Shown here: piece after piece, positions 27,945 through 36,474 of the stretch
Numbering within the stretch: the stretch's first letter is position 1
Layout: each line of letters opens with the position of its first letter
Source of the DNA: Escherichia coli
GTDB taxonomy: Bacteria; Pseudomonadota; Gammaproteobacteria; Enterobacterales; Enterobacteriaceae
NCBI GenBank assembly: GCA_024546615.1
Contig: GCA_024546615.1_5040.1
DNA length: 47,767 nt
Reading direction: 5' to 3' (one strand)
Notes under the pieces: generated by a model
The model's database searches: none
What the model was told of the DNA's origin: nothing
What the model saw: the letters and a program-made list of their open reading frames with translations, nothing else
Translations under genes and position numbers: made by a program

Positions 27945-28664
27945 GTGATGAACTTCTTCTTCTCCACATCCTACTTCGTACCGCTGACAATTGTCAGCGG
28001 CTACGTCACAACTGAGTCAGATGCTCCGAATCGCATCTACGCTCAATATCGCAACAAGCCAAAGGCCGCCGCGTGGTATAACATCGCGCGTAGCCTGGCT
28101 ACGCAGATTGCAGATGCGGCCACAGCTGTCCGCATCATGTACGCGATCGATGCGGCGCAAGGTGCACAACTTGACATTATTGGGCGCATTGTGGTGGTAC
28201 CTCGTGACTTTATGGGTGAAGTCACAATGGAAACGGCGATGTGCGCCAGTGATGTCAATGGTCCGGCTGAATTCGGTGACACCTCTGCAATGTGTAGTGC
28301 GCCATCTGTTGACCAGTCGATGGCAATGTCGGACACATTGTATCGTCTCGCAATTAAGTCCAAGATTTTAAAAAATAACTCGTATTCCACGATTGAAGAT
28401 ATTCTCGCCGGAATGAACTTCCTGTTACCCAATGCACAGGTTACCCGCCTGGTTGATGGTGAGGATATGAGTTTCTCTGTGGAATTCTACGGAAAAATCA
28501 CAGAGCTTGAACGGTGGGCGCTTCTCAATGCTTCTTTCGTTCCGAAGCCACAGGGTGTAAAATTCAATGGTTTCCTCGAGGCTTATGATTACGTACAGGC
28601 AGGTGACTCATCAACACAATTTGGTGACTCATTGGCACAAGCGACCGGATTTATAGGAGTTTAA
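27945..28664 (+). CDS. Putative baseplate/tail fibre-associated protein (239 aa)
   Basis: ORF possibly translationally coupled to 8-codon leader ORF (27923-27949); family not recognised. Confidence 0.4.
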   Translation: MMNFFFSTSYFVPLTIVSGYVTTESDAPNRIYAQYRNKPKAAAWYNIARSLATQIADAATAVRIMYAIDAAQGAQLDIIGRIVVVPRDFMGEVTMETAMCASDVNGPAEFGDTSAMCSAPSVDQSMAMSDTLYRLAIKSKILKNNSYSTIEDILAGMNFLLPNAQVTRLVDGEDMSFSVEFYGKITELERWALLNASFVPKPQGVKFNGFLEAYDYVQAGDSSTQFGDSLAQATGFIGV

Positions 28665-28667
28665 ATA

Positions 28668-29351
28668 ATGGCTTTAGACCGCAGCAACCGCTACCCGGGA
28701 CGGTTCGAGAATCCCACAAGTGCATCACCCCAGGGCGCATTTAAAAACCGCACATCACCAACAGCACAAGATGGCTCTTACTTTGAAGCGGACTGGGCTA
28801 ATGACTGGGATGGTTTTTTCGGGCGATTACTAACCCTCGCAGGGGTTTCTCCCAATGGTAACGTGGACACAGCTTCGTCCAGTCAATACTATGACGCACT
28901 GAAATCTCTGTTTCTTCAACGTACTGACCCATTCGGAGATATCAATTCGGATGGCACGGTGGAAACGGCTCTCGCAAATCTTGGTTTGGGAACAGCAGCA
29001 AAAAGGAATGCTGATGCAAGGCTAATTAATGGCATTCCGGACATGTCTTCATTTCGCGGGGATATGATAGGGAATGGCTATATTAAAATCCCAATTATCG
29101 GCGCTAGCGGAGGACCGCAGACATTTATTTTGCAGTGGGGTGTGCATTCGACTTCTCCGGGAAGCAATGCCGCCTATAACCTGAATATTGCTTTTCCCAC
29201 CAGCCTACTATGGGCCTCTGGGGGGCGCGGCGCCCCAGGGTCAAATGCACCAATGAATGTCGGACCTGAAGGGGCGCAACAAATTAGAATTCAAAACTAT
29301 GCACCTGGCGGCGTAAACGAAAATTGTTTCTGGATTGCGATTGGTTATTGA
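28668..29351 (+). CDS. Tail fibre protein (distal/receptor-binding candidate)
   Basis: GASGGPQTFILQWG resembles the conserved LIIQWG motif of side tail fibre C-domains; immediately precedes Tfa chaperone; RBS AGGAG. Confidence 0.5.
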   Translation: MALDRSNRYPGRFENPTSASPQGAFKNRTSPTAQDGSYFEADWANDWDGFFGRLLTLAGVSPNGNVDTASSSQYYDALKSLFLQRTDPFGDINSDGTVETALANLGLGTAAKRNADARLINGIPDMSSFRGDMIGNGYIKIPIIGASGGPQTFILQWGVHSTSPGSNAAYNLNIAFPTSLLWASGGRGAPGSNAPMNVGPEGAQQIRIQNYAPGGVNENCFWIAIGY

Positions 29352-29361
29352 GGGGATAAAG

Positions 29362-29781
29362 ATGAAAAATGTTTATAAGTTTCATAATGGTTTATTTTAT
29401 CCGCCAGAGGTGGAATATGAGGCAATACCTGCTGGCGCGGTAGACGTATCAGAGGGTGAGTACAGAAAAGCATTGGGCCGCGCCCCTGGCGCCACATTTT
29501 CTGTCGATGACTCCGGAATTGTTACTGTCATTCCTGTTCCAGAACCGACGCGAGAACAATATATTGCTCAGGCTGAGACGCATAAACAGTTCTTGCTGGA
29601 GGAGGCGAGGCAGAAGATTTACGTTTGGCAAACTAAGCTCCTGATGGGGCGCAAGCTCACTGAGACAGAATCAGTCAATCTAAATTCCTGGATGGATTAT
29701 ATTGAAGCTCTAACCGAGATTGACACTAGTACAGCGCCGGATATCAGTTGGCCCACATCTCCGGGGGAATCGGCCAGTTAA
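29362..29781 (+). CDS. Tail fibre assembly protein (Tfa)
   Basis: C-terminal LNSWMDYIEALTEIDTSTAPDISWPTSP matches Tfa signature ...W..Y...L..(I/V)D.S.APDI.WP; RBS GAGGGG. Confidence 0.7.
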   Translation: MKNVYKFHNGLFYPPEVEYEAIPAGAVDVSEGEYRKALGRAPGATFSVDDSGIVTVIPVPEPTREQYIAQAETHKQFLLEEARQKIYVWQTKLLMGRKLTETESVNLNSWMDYIEALTEIDTSTAPDISWPTSPGESAS

Positions 29782-29782
29782 C

Positions 29783-30167
29783 ATGCTCAGGGTCGGTTGT
29801 TACATCAGCCGACTTAACCTCGTTTTTATAAACCATCCACGCTGACAGCTTAGCTTTGTTGGCGTCGCTGATTTCACCCAGCATCAACTCTGTCCGCCAG
29901 TCTCTGACTATGATAACTGGGACGGTAGTCAGTGGGTAACAGACTCAGATGTCCAGCATGTTGCAGCCGTCACAGTCGCTGAACTGTACGCACAGCACCT
30001 CATTGATACAGCAATGCAGTCCGTTAGCGTCATTCAGCTAAAGCTACAAGCTGGCAGACGCGGAAAAGACGAAACTGAATAATGTTCTGGATTACATCGA
30101 TGCGGTGAATACTGTAGACAAGTCCAGCGCACCAGACATCACCTGGCCGACCCCCGCCAGTAATTAA
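29783..30167 (+). pseudogene. Decayed second tail-fibre-assembly gene (in-frame TGA at 29843-29845 plus frameshift near 30042-30082)
   Basis: Frame A encodes ...DYDNWDGSQWV...AELYAQHLIDTAMQSV...; frame B ends ...KLNNVLDYIDAVNTVDKSSAPDITWPTPASN with Tfa signature. Confidence 0.55.
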
Positions 30168-30427
30168 CGAAAAACCTGACATCCTTTCCACCACTGTTGC
30201 CACCGGGACACCCTGTCCCGGTCGTACATTAACACCTTCCCGTTATCACGCATGACATCGGCTGCAATGTTTGGATCACCACCCGTGGTTTTCAGTTCCC
30301 CACTCACTGTCATTAAATCATTCGCCGGGGGTGGACACAGTTGCGTCGTAGACGTCGAGCAACCCACTGTTACGCACACACTCAGCAATACCAGGGTCTT
30401 TGATACGGTCGCGATAAACTGTGACAT
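30164..30427 (-). CDS. o-spanin (Rz1-like outer-membrane lipoprotein), overlapping i-spanin gene in another frame
   Basis: MSQFIATVSKTLVLLSVCVTVGCS signal/lipobox-like then CPPPAN proline-rich region; starts inside i-spanin gene and extends beyond it. Confidence 0.5.
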   Translation of the reverse strand: MSQFIATVSKTLVLLSVCVTVGCSTSTTQLCPPPANDLMTVSGELKTTGGDPNIAADVMRDNGKVLMYDRDRVSRWQQWWKGCQVFR

Positions 30428-30656
30428 ATTTAACAACCTCTTTATCTCGTAATTCATTGCGCTCCCGCTGTGCTTCCAGCAGTGCTATATCTTTGTCGTT
30501 CAGTTCAGTCTGGAGGTTGTCACGCTTTTTGACGAGGGTTTTATACTCTTCAAAGTCATCCAGCTTGACCGCATTTTTACCCGAAAAATAACCCATAGCA
30601 TACACTGCAACCATTATGCTACCGATTACCCCGGCGAGTATCACGTTGCGCATCAT
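30318..30656 (-). CDS. i-spanin (Rz-like)
   Basis: N-terminal TM (VILAGVIGSIMVAVYAMG) then charged coiled-coil region; ATGA overlap with endolysin stop. Confidence 0.55.
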   Translation of the reverse strand: MMRNVILAGVIGSIMVAVYAMGYFSGKNAVKLDDFEEYKTLVKKRDNLQTELNDKDIALLEAQRERNELRDKEVVKYVTVYRDRIKDPGIAECVRNSGLLDVYDATVSTPGE

Positions 30657-31216
30657 TTCTCCCCCAGTGTATACAGGCACAAATACTCCTCCTGTTCCCG
30701 GCGAATTGGCTGTCCGGAACAGTTGTTACTTTTAATGCGGCAGTCTTTACCGCCATCGAATACCCAACGTGGGATCTGTTTGCACGCATTCTTCCAGTCG
30801 CCTTTTTGCAGCAACTTAAAGAATGTTGACCCCTTACATTTGGTAGGTCCGATATTGTATGGACAGAACGATGCGATGCCGACCTGTTGCACCGGGTTCA
30901 GTTTTACCGGAATATTCTCACGTACCCACTGTAACGACTTCTGTGCTTCTTTATCGTTCAGAAGGTCACACTGCTTTTCGGTAAGTCGCATACCCTTTGT
31001 CACCGGCTTACCATCGATGCGCGTCACACCCCGGCAGATGGTCCAGATACCTCTACCGTCCTGGTACGCAGTGGTGCGATTACCTTCTTTCTCGTTCAGA
31101 AATTGATTAAACAGGTCCGTTTGTGTGACCACTCCGCCCCCTAATGCAAATACTGCGAGGAGTGCCGTCATTTGCTTACTTAAAGGATTTTTCATTTTGT
31201 TACACTCGTTGTACAA
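30653..31216 (-). CDS. Endolysin, T4-lysozyme-like glycoside hydrolase with N-terminal SAR-like hydrophobic segment
   Basis: EGNRTTAYQDGRGIWTICRGVT catalytic-region motif; N-terminal MTALLAVFALGGGVV; true start may be ATG 31195. Confidence 0.75.
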   Translation of the reverse strand: MYNECNKMKNPLSKQMTALLAVFALGGGVVTQTDLFNQFLNEKEGNRTTAYQDGRGIWTICRGVTRIDGKPVTKGMRLTEKQCDLLNDKEAQKSLQWVRENIPVKLNPVQQVGIASFCPYNIGPTKCKGSTFFKLLQKGDWKNACKQIPRWVFDGGKDCRIKSNNCSGQPIRREQEEYLCLYTLGEK

Positions 31217-31268
31217 TTAAGCTTAATCCTAACATACAAAGGCGACAAAATGTACAAGACTAAACCAC

Positions 31269-31333
31269 GTAAAGCAGGTGACGCGGGCGGTGCATGTATT
31301 AAGCCCCGTGGTAAAGCAGGTGACGCGGGCGGT
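31269..31333. repeat. Two 23-bp direct repeats GTAAAGCAGGTGACGCGGGCGGT with 42-bp period
   Basis: Exact repeat at 31269-31291 and 31311-31333; lies within small ORF 31250-31360. Confidence 0.8.
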
Positions 31334-31363
31334 TCCAAAGTAAAACGCCGGACCAAATAAACA

Positions 31364-31774
31364 ATGTACACCTTCCTGATTGCCTCACTAATCGTCAGAC
31401 CCCGGAGAGCCTCGTTTCTCTTCGTGCTGGTGGCAACTCTCTTTCAGGAGTTATGTGGTAATCTGGATGGTTCGATTTATTTTTTCCTCGCCGCATTTTG
31501 TGATTTCATCGTAGCCGGTGTTCTGTACCATTTCGGAACATCCCGGAAGTCTCTCGACATGATGCTTATCAGCATTGTTTCCATGTCGATTAATCTGACA
31601 GGCTGGCTCCTGTGGTTTTTCTATCAACCGCTCGATGTCTATGTGGCAATGTTCACGGTGCTATACTGTGCGGCAATCCTCACGATACTGAAAAAGGATA
31701 GTGACGATGCTGGAGGTATTGCGGTTCATATCGACAACTCTGGTCATCATCCTTATGCTGGCGCAGGTCGTTGA
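31364..31774 (+). CDS. Multi-pass membrane protein (136 aa)
   Basis: Four hydrophobic segments; divergent from lysis genes. Confidence 0.45.
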   Translation: MYTFLIASLIVRPRRASFLFVLVATLFQELCGNLDGSIYFFLAAFCDFIVAGVLYHFGTSRKSLDMMLISIVSMSINLTGWLLWFFYQPLDVYVAMFTVLYCAAILTILKKDSDDAGGIAVHIDNSGHHPYAGAGR

Positions 31775-32082
31775 GTGGTACATCAAAGCGAGAAAACATT
31801 ATGAGCTTTACCGGAAACACACAGGTCGGAACGGCAGTGGCAAGCGGGACGACTGTGACGGGTCTAATGACTAAGTATAACATCACCCCGGAAACTATCG
31901 GTATCTTCGCAACACTAGTGGGTATCGTACTTTCTCTGGTGATGATTTACGGCCACATAAAGCGTATCAGAAATGAATCGGCGGAACGCAAGGAAAAGGA
32001 AGCCATTGCAAGAATTGAAAAGGAAAAGGCAGAGATTGAACTTGCTGAAATGCGCCGAAGGATGAACAACCCGGCGCAGTGA
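31771..32082 (+). CDS. Membrane protein with single TM and charged coiled-coil C-terminus (holin candidate)
   Basis: TM IGIFATLVGIVLSLVMIY then ERKEKEAIARIEKEKAEIELAEMRRR. Confidence 0.4.
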   Translation: MSGTSKRENIMSFTGNTQVGTAVASGTTVTGLMTKYNITPETIGIFATLVGIVLSLVMIYGHIKRIRNESAERKEKEAIARIEKEKAEIELAEMRRRMNNPAQ

Positions 32083-32100
32083 TGCGCCGGTATTCTTGTT
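32071..32100. terminator. Bidirectional terminator hairpin CCGGCGCA-GTGA-TGCGCCGG plus T-rich tail
   Basis: Between convergent genes ending at 32082 (+) and 32099 (-). Confidence 0.55.
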
Positions 32101-32314
32101 ACCACTCCGCAATTAGTACCGGATTAATCATATCTGCGCGGCGATTACCGGTATCGGCCCAATCACCTGTTTCTGATTTTTTAAAATAATTCAGAGCATT
32201 TTCTTTAGAACCCACAATTGATTTCACCAATGCAGTGTAACCCCCGACGCCATCGAAGAAAAAATAACAGATTACCCCATCGATTTTGTCCACTGCTTCA
32301 TAAGCTTGTTTCAT
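32099..32314 (-). CDS. Hypothetical protein (72 aa)
   Basis: RBS AGAGAGGG and ATG downstream of promoter 32347-32375; track ORF trimmed to MKQAYEA. Confidence 0.45.
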   Translation of the reverse strand: MKQAYEAVDKIDGVICYFFFDGVGGYTALVKSIVGSKENALNYFKKSETGDWADTGNRRADMINPVLIAEW

Positions 32315-32346
32315 CTTGTCTACCCTCTCTGTTGTTGATATGAATA

Positions 32347-32375
32347 ACTCTAAACTACTTTGACGCACTCGTCAA
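32347..32375 (-). promoter_or_regulatory. Sigma70-like promoter TTGACG-17-TAGAGT overlapping palindrome TTGACGCACTCGTCAA (32360-32375), embedded in 3' end of upstream gene
   Basis: Spacing read directly. Confidence 0.5.
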
Positions 32376-32948
32376 CGGTAAAACTAACTTTTCTGCTTCC
32401 TGAATGTACCAGTCGTAATTCAGTGCTCCCCAGTCGAAGTCTTTAGCGTCGGCACACTCTGTCACCTTCCATCCTGCACACATACTTGTTTCGCGCACTG
32501 CATCGTGCTTACTGCGACTCTTCGTGTGGATACGCTCGTCCCACGGTGTACCAATGCTGTCGAGGTCGCCCGGTTGACCTGTAATCTCACGCATTACCGC
32601 ATTGTACACATCGTCCTTGACACCATTCTTACGCTTCCATGTACCTGGTGTACCAGTGGGCGGTAACAGCTTGACCAGTGACCCACCGTTACGCGAGATA
32701 AATACACGTGTGGTATTCTGCATCTCCTGTTCAGCGCCCCACTCAGGCCAACGCATCACCAGACGTGCCGAACGAGGTACTTTGGCGCGCAGCATGAAGT
32801 CGAACGGGTCACGGTGCTGCGTGATGAACGTGCGGATGTCAGTGTCAAACAGAAGTGCGGCTTCAGCGGCGCGGGCAACAATCATCGCCGATGGGTCTTG
32901 ATGCCACTGGTATTTGTACTCGTAACACCCTTTTCTTTTAATTTTCAC
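32355..32948 (-). CDS. Hypothetical protein (197 aa) sharing GTPWDERIH motif with 37785-38834
   Basis: Motif DSIGTPWDERIHTKS versus DSTGTPWDERIHSTS in the 349-aa protein. Confidence 0.45.
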   Translation of the reverse strand: MKIKRKGCYEYKYQWHQDPSAMIVARAAEAALLFDTDIRTFITQHRDPFDFMLRAKVPRSARLVMRWPEWGAEQEMQNTTRVFISRNGGSLVKLLPPTGTPGTWKRKNGVKDDVYNAVMREITGQPGDLDSIGTPWDERIHTKSRSKHDAVRETSMCAGWKVTECADAKDFDWGALNYDWYIQEAEKLVLPLTSASK

Positions 32949-33828
32949 GGGTTGCCTCCAGCATTTCTAAAATTCGATTGTCCCATTTCAACCATTCGGT
33001 ACAACCATCAAAACCAGATAGTCCAGCATTAACGAAAGAAGAATGAGTTAGTTTTTCGATAAATTCCATTTTTCCACCTATGCCAGATAAAACTCGGAGT
33101 AACTGAAAATCAAATGGCGTACTTCTTTTCAATTTCCTCAAGCGATATTTATAATTATTGCTGATACCGACCTTCATATATTCCCCACCTTTGGAAGCAA
33201 GTACATAAAGGGAAGCCATCTGGTTACGTTTAAATCCACTCTTAGAACAGTCTTGACATCCTTGTCCACCGGATACGTGATCTATAGCCAATTTTTCAAA
33301 ACTACCGTGAACAGGGCAAATTATCTTTATTTTATGATGATTACCTTTATATTGAGATTCCGAATAATCATACTTATCCCCATGTACTGCGCGGGCTTTC
33401 TCAATCCATTCTTCGGTGTTATAAAGAGGAAGTCGTCCTTTTCCAGGACCTCCTGCGCATTTCGCGCACCCGTGGCCTTTTAGATGATTGCCGGCTAATT
33501 GGAGGAATTCCCCATGCTCTCGACAAATGATTATTATTTCTGAATGTCGTTTTTTATACTTAACCTTCGAATAATCATACTTATCTCCATGTACTGCACG
33601 GGCTTTCTCAATCCATTCTTCAGTGCTGGATTTTTTTGTCCCACCACAAACTGGGCAGCCGGAACCAGAACAGTGAGACGTGGGTTCTTGTCGGAAATCT
33701 CCATGCAATCGACAAACAATGGTCACTTTATGTTTTGAAGTACGATACTCGACCTTCGAATAATCATACTTATCTCCGTGTACCGCACGGGCTTTCTCAA
33801 TCCATTCTTCTGTGTTCAATCTTCTCAT
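32938..33828 (-). CDS. Homing-endonuclease-like protein: three tandem zinc-ribbon modules plus C-terminal T5orf172 (GIY-YIG-like) domain
   Basis: Three repeats of EEWIEKARAVHGDKYDYS...; C-terminal YVLASKGGEYMKVGISNNYKYRLRKL...GCTEWLKW; contains three ~55-bp DNA direct repeats. Confidence 0.6.
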   Translation of the reverse strand: MRRLNTEEWIEKARAVHGDKYDYSKVEYRTSKHKVTIVCRLHGDFRQEPTSHCSGSGCPVCGGTKKSSTEEWIEKARAVHGDKYDYSKVKYKKRHSEIIIICREHGEFLQLAGNHLKGHGCAKCAGGPGKGRLPLYNTEEWIEKARAVHGDKYDYSESQYKGNHHKIKIICPVHGSFEKLAIDHVSGGQGCQDCSKSGFKRNQMASLYVLASKGGEYMKVGISNNYKYRLRKLKRSTPFDFQLLRVLSGIGGKMEFIEKLTHSSFVNAGLSGFDGCTEWLKWDNRILEMLEATREN

Positions 33829-35348
33829 TCTATTACCATTATGTAATTATTCACATCTCGCTGATAGAGAGATTTCACAATATCAGTCTCCAGATTCAAC
33901 ATTGTTGTTTTTTCCCAAGACTTACATATGGATTCCACCAAAATTTCATATTTGTTTTCATAAAAAATGACGATTCCGTCAGTATTAGTTTGCGGTACGA
34001 TTAATCCGGGTACACGAGTTACAAGTTGGTCTACCAACATTGCCAAACAGAGTTGACCTGTAATAGTAATACTCAGGAGACACTTATGGTCACAAAATGG
34101 GCTAAATTTACTCCCCATGTTCCCAAATGTACCATTAAGAGCAAGTTTCAATGCCGCATCAACTGTTTTATCTCCCGCTCGTTTTGCATCACGACGACGA
34201 ATGAACAGTTGTTCATATACGTCGCAAAAAGTTTCACTAAGGTGTTCCGGATAGTACCTATTCTTTATACTAATGGAAGGGTACATACTTGTACAGTCTT
34301 TGTTTTGTAAATTGTGTGTTTGGGTAGAATGCACAACGTAGTTCGGAATACTACTGTGAATACCTCCCAATCCGAACGAATATTCGACACCATCAACTGT
34401 GACGGTCATATCACTAAACACACCTTTTGTGGTCAGTAATTCGTCCTGTTGTTTCTTCGTGAGTACAACCCCACGAATGCGTTCCAGAATTTGATTGAAC
34501 TCCGGTCGTTCGAATTTGATATAAGGGGGTATGCAATCTGCAAGTGCAATACGTTCACGAATGGTTACTCCGGAGCAATCTACCCCGGCCTTTTCCAGCT
34601 CGTGAACGAATATATCTTTGCCGATTTTAGTGTCGGCGTGGTTCATGAAGTTACGTCCGTATTGCTTTGTCAGTTCCTCACGGAAATGGATTTTGTCGAG
34701 TGAACGTACAAAGAATTTCAGCGTCTCTCGCACGTCGTGTTTGTTATATACGATGAGGATATCTTTCTGCGCATCGTTCAGCACCATTCCGACCGGGAAT
34801 GGCAGGTCTTTTACGTTGGGGGACTGCATGCCCACTTCCAACGCCTTCAGACTGGTGCGCCGGGCTTTATTATCAAAGTGATGAATTTTGTACAGGTCAA
34901 TCTGCTCGAAAATCTGGTCGCGGTCCCATACAATTTCGGGCCACTGACCTTCGGGTTTAATTTGTGATTGTGCTTTTGTGTAAATCTGTTCCAGTGTACA
35001 GCCTGGTGTATTGACCACGTAGTGCAACACCGGATAGTCGAATGCCAGGTTATTAAATCCAATCCCACGGGCCTTACTACATCCCAGGTTGAACACAAAT
35101 TCGATTAATTGCGGTTGCTCGTTTTTGCGGTCACTAATCTCGAAGATTAACTCCATACCCGTCGCAGCGTGAATAAATGAGGCAGTGAAGATATTCGGAT
35201 ACGTCTCGATGTCCCATCCCCAGTCCCGCGGGTCCAGTGGTGCAACGCTGGAGAACGCCGAATCAGCCCCACAGTGAGGGCAATTGTGGAGGTCAGCGGG
35301 ATAATTTTTACCGCAAGTTGCATCCTCGCATTTTGATAAATAGTGCAT
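33825..35348 (-). CDS. Compact family-B DNA polymerase with 3'-5' exonuclease motifs and N-terminal zinc finger
   Basis: Exo I WDIETY, Exo II FNNLAFDYPVL, Exo III YNKHDVRE; motif A DCTSMYPSI, motif B KLALNGTFG, motif C TNTDG; N-terminal C-x4-C-x11-C-x2-C. Confidence 0.7.
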   Translation of the reverse strand: MHYLSKCEDATCGKNYPADLHNCPHCGADSAFSSVAPLDPRDWGWDIETYPNIFTASFIHAATGMELIFEISDRKNEQPQLIEFVFNLGCSKARGIGFNNLAFDYPVLHYVVNTPGCTLEQIYTKAQSQIKPEGQWPEIVWDRDQIFEQIDLYKIHHFDNKARRTSLKALEVGMQSPNVKDLPFPVGMVLNDAQKDILIVYNKHDVRETLKFFVRSLDKIHFREELTKQYGRNFMNHADTKIGKDIFVHELEKAGVDCSGVTIRERIALADCIPPYIKFERPEFNQILERIRGVVLTKKQQDELLTTKGVFSDMTVTVDGVEYSFGLGGIHSSIPNYVVHSTQTHNLQNKDCTSMYPSISIKNRYYPEHLSETFCDVYEQLFIRRRDAKRAGDKTVDAALKLALNGTFGNMGSKFSPFCDHKCLLSITITGQLCLAMLVDQLVTRVPGLIVPQTNTDGIVIFYENKYEILVESICKSWEKTTMLNLETDIVKSLYQRDVNNYIMVIE

Positions 35349-35365
35349 CTCTGTTCCTCTCTGTA

Positions 35366-35392
35366 AGAAAAGCCCCGTGAGGGGCTTAATTG
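35366..35392 (-). terminator. Hairpin AAGCCCC-TCAC-GGGGCTT plus U-rich tail on minus strand, upstream of polymerase RBS (terminator/attenuator)
   Basis: Read directly; followed on minus strand by RBS AGAGAGGAACAGAG and polymerase ATG. Confidence 0.45.
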
Positions 35393-35527
35393 TTAACCTT
35401 TCGTATACTTATTTAAACCATTCTGGTTAATGTATTCCCGGCGTTGCTCCTGCACCTGTTTGATAGCCTTTTCCAGTTCGGCTAGCTTTTCATCAAACTG
35501 TTTCAGTCGCTGGTCATGTTCGGTCAT
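35393..35527 (-). CDS. Small coiled-coil protein (44 aa)
   Basis: MTEHDQRLKQFDEKLAELEKAIKQVQEQRREY...; RBS AGAGAGGTG; below track cutoff. Confidence 0.3.
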   Translation of the reverse strand: MTEHDQRLKQFDEKLAELEKAIKQVQEQRREYINQNGLNKYTKG

Positions 35528-35575
35528 GATGCACCTCTCTGTTAAATTACCCCGGCTTGCACCGGGGCGTTGTGG

Positions 35576-36388
35576 TTATGCTACTTTCTGACAGTGTTGC
35601 GCGATTAACTCTTCGCTCCAGCCGGGCATGCCGAGCAATTGTGCTTTGGTGTACACCGTGCCGTTGTAGCTGTACTTCTCTTCAACAACCGGCGGAGGTG
35701 TTACCAGCAGGTCAGTTGCTGGCGGCGGTGTTGCAGGTGCTGGGGCAGCCGGGGCTGGGGTTGATGCTACCTGAGCGGGTGCGCCAGCACCGAACACGCT
35801 TGCTGCATCCGGACCGCTGCCTTCACGAACAATCGCTTCGCCAGGACGTGACAGTTCGAGCAGGTTTGGGTTCAGATACACGCCCGGAGTTTTGGACGGC
35901 TTATTACCCTTCGCTACGATGTTCACGCGGACATAATCGCCGAGCTTAATAGCGTTTACGTCCTGAATCGCATCGAGCGGATTATATTTGCCAACATGAT
36001 AACAGTTGTACGGGATGCGGGTGTTCAGGTGTAATACCCAGTGACCGCGTTTGTATTCGTCGCTGTTTGGCGCGTGACCGGCTTTGTTTGGGATGTCGCT
36101 GTCACCGTCGATTACTTTCCAGGAAAAGTCCGGGCGACGAGTGGTAGCAACATCATAACCGTTCTCAGCGTCCAGTGCCGCCATAACAATTTGTTTACCC
36201 CATTCGGTATCTTTCCAGTCTGCTTCGCCAGTTTTAGGGATTGCGATACCGATGTAAATTTCTTTAACCGGCTGACCATCTTTACCAATAACCGGCTGCT
36301 TTGTGACATCATCAGTGCGTACATTTTGTTTCAGCGGGTGACCGTGAATCAGGCGAGCAACAGGGGTAACGAAAGTAAATTGAGCCAT
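35576..36388 (-). CDS. ssDNA-binding protein, DUF2815-like
   Basis: Pattern resembles DUF2815 phage SSBs; Pro/Ala-rich linker and conserved C-terminal tail; adjacent to Cas4-like nuclease. Confidence 0.55.
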   Translation of the reverse strand: MAQFTFVTPVARLIHGHPLKQNVRTDDVTKQPVIGKDGQPVKEIYIGIAIPKTGEADWKDTEWGKQIVMAALDAENGYDVATTRRPDFSWKVIDGDSDIPNKAGHAPNSDEYKRGHWVLHLNTRIPYNCYHVGKYNPLDAIQDVNAIKLGDYVRVNIVAKGNKPSKTPGVYLNPNLLELSRPGEAIVREGSGPDAASVFGAGAPAQVASTPAPAAPAPATPPPATDLLVTPPPVVEEKYSYNGTVYTKAQLLGMPGWSEELIAQHCQKVA

Positions 36389-36442
36389 CTTGTAAATCCT
36401 CTCTGCTAAGTGTGGGAGACCCTCTGTCTCCCGGTGATTTGA

Positions 36443-36471
36443 ATACTACGTTAGTTTGACGAGTGCGTCAA
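36443..36471 (-). promoter_or_regulatory. Sigma70-like promoter TTGACG-17-TAGTAT overlapping palindrome TTGACGAGTGCGTCAA (36456-36471); 5'-UTR hairpin GGGAGAC/GTCTCCC at 36414-36432
   Basis: Spacing and hairpin read directly. Confidence 0.5.
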
Positions 36472-36474
36472 CAG

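Noticed and set aside
29783-30167. Mu G-segment-like invertible tail-fibre switch
   Set aside because: The Tfa remnant is in direct, not inverted, orientation; no flanking inverted repeats or invertase (Gin/Cin-like) gene were seen; interpreted as a pseudogene.
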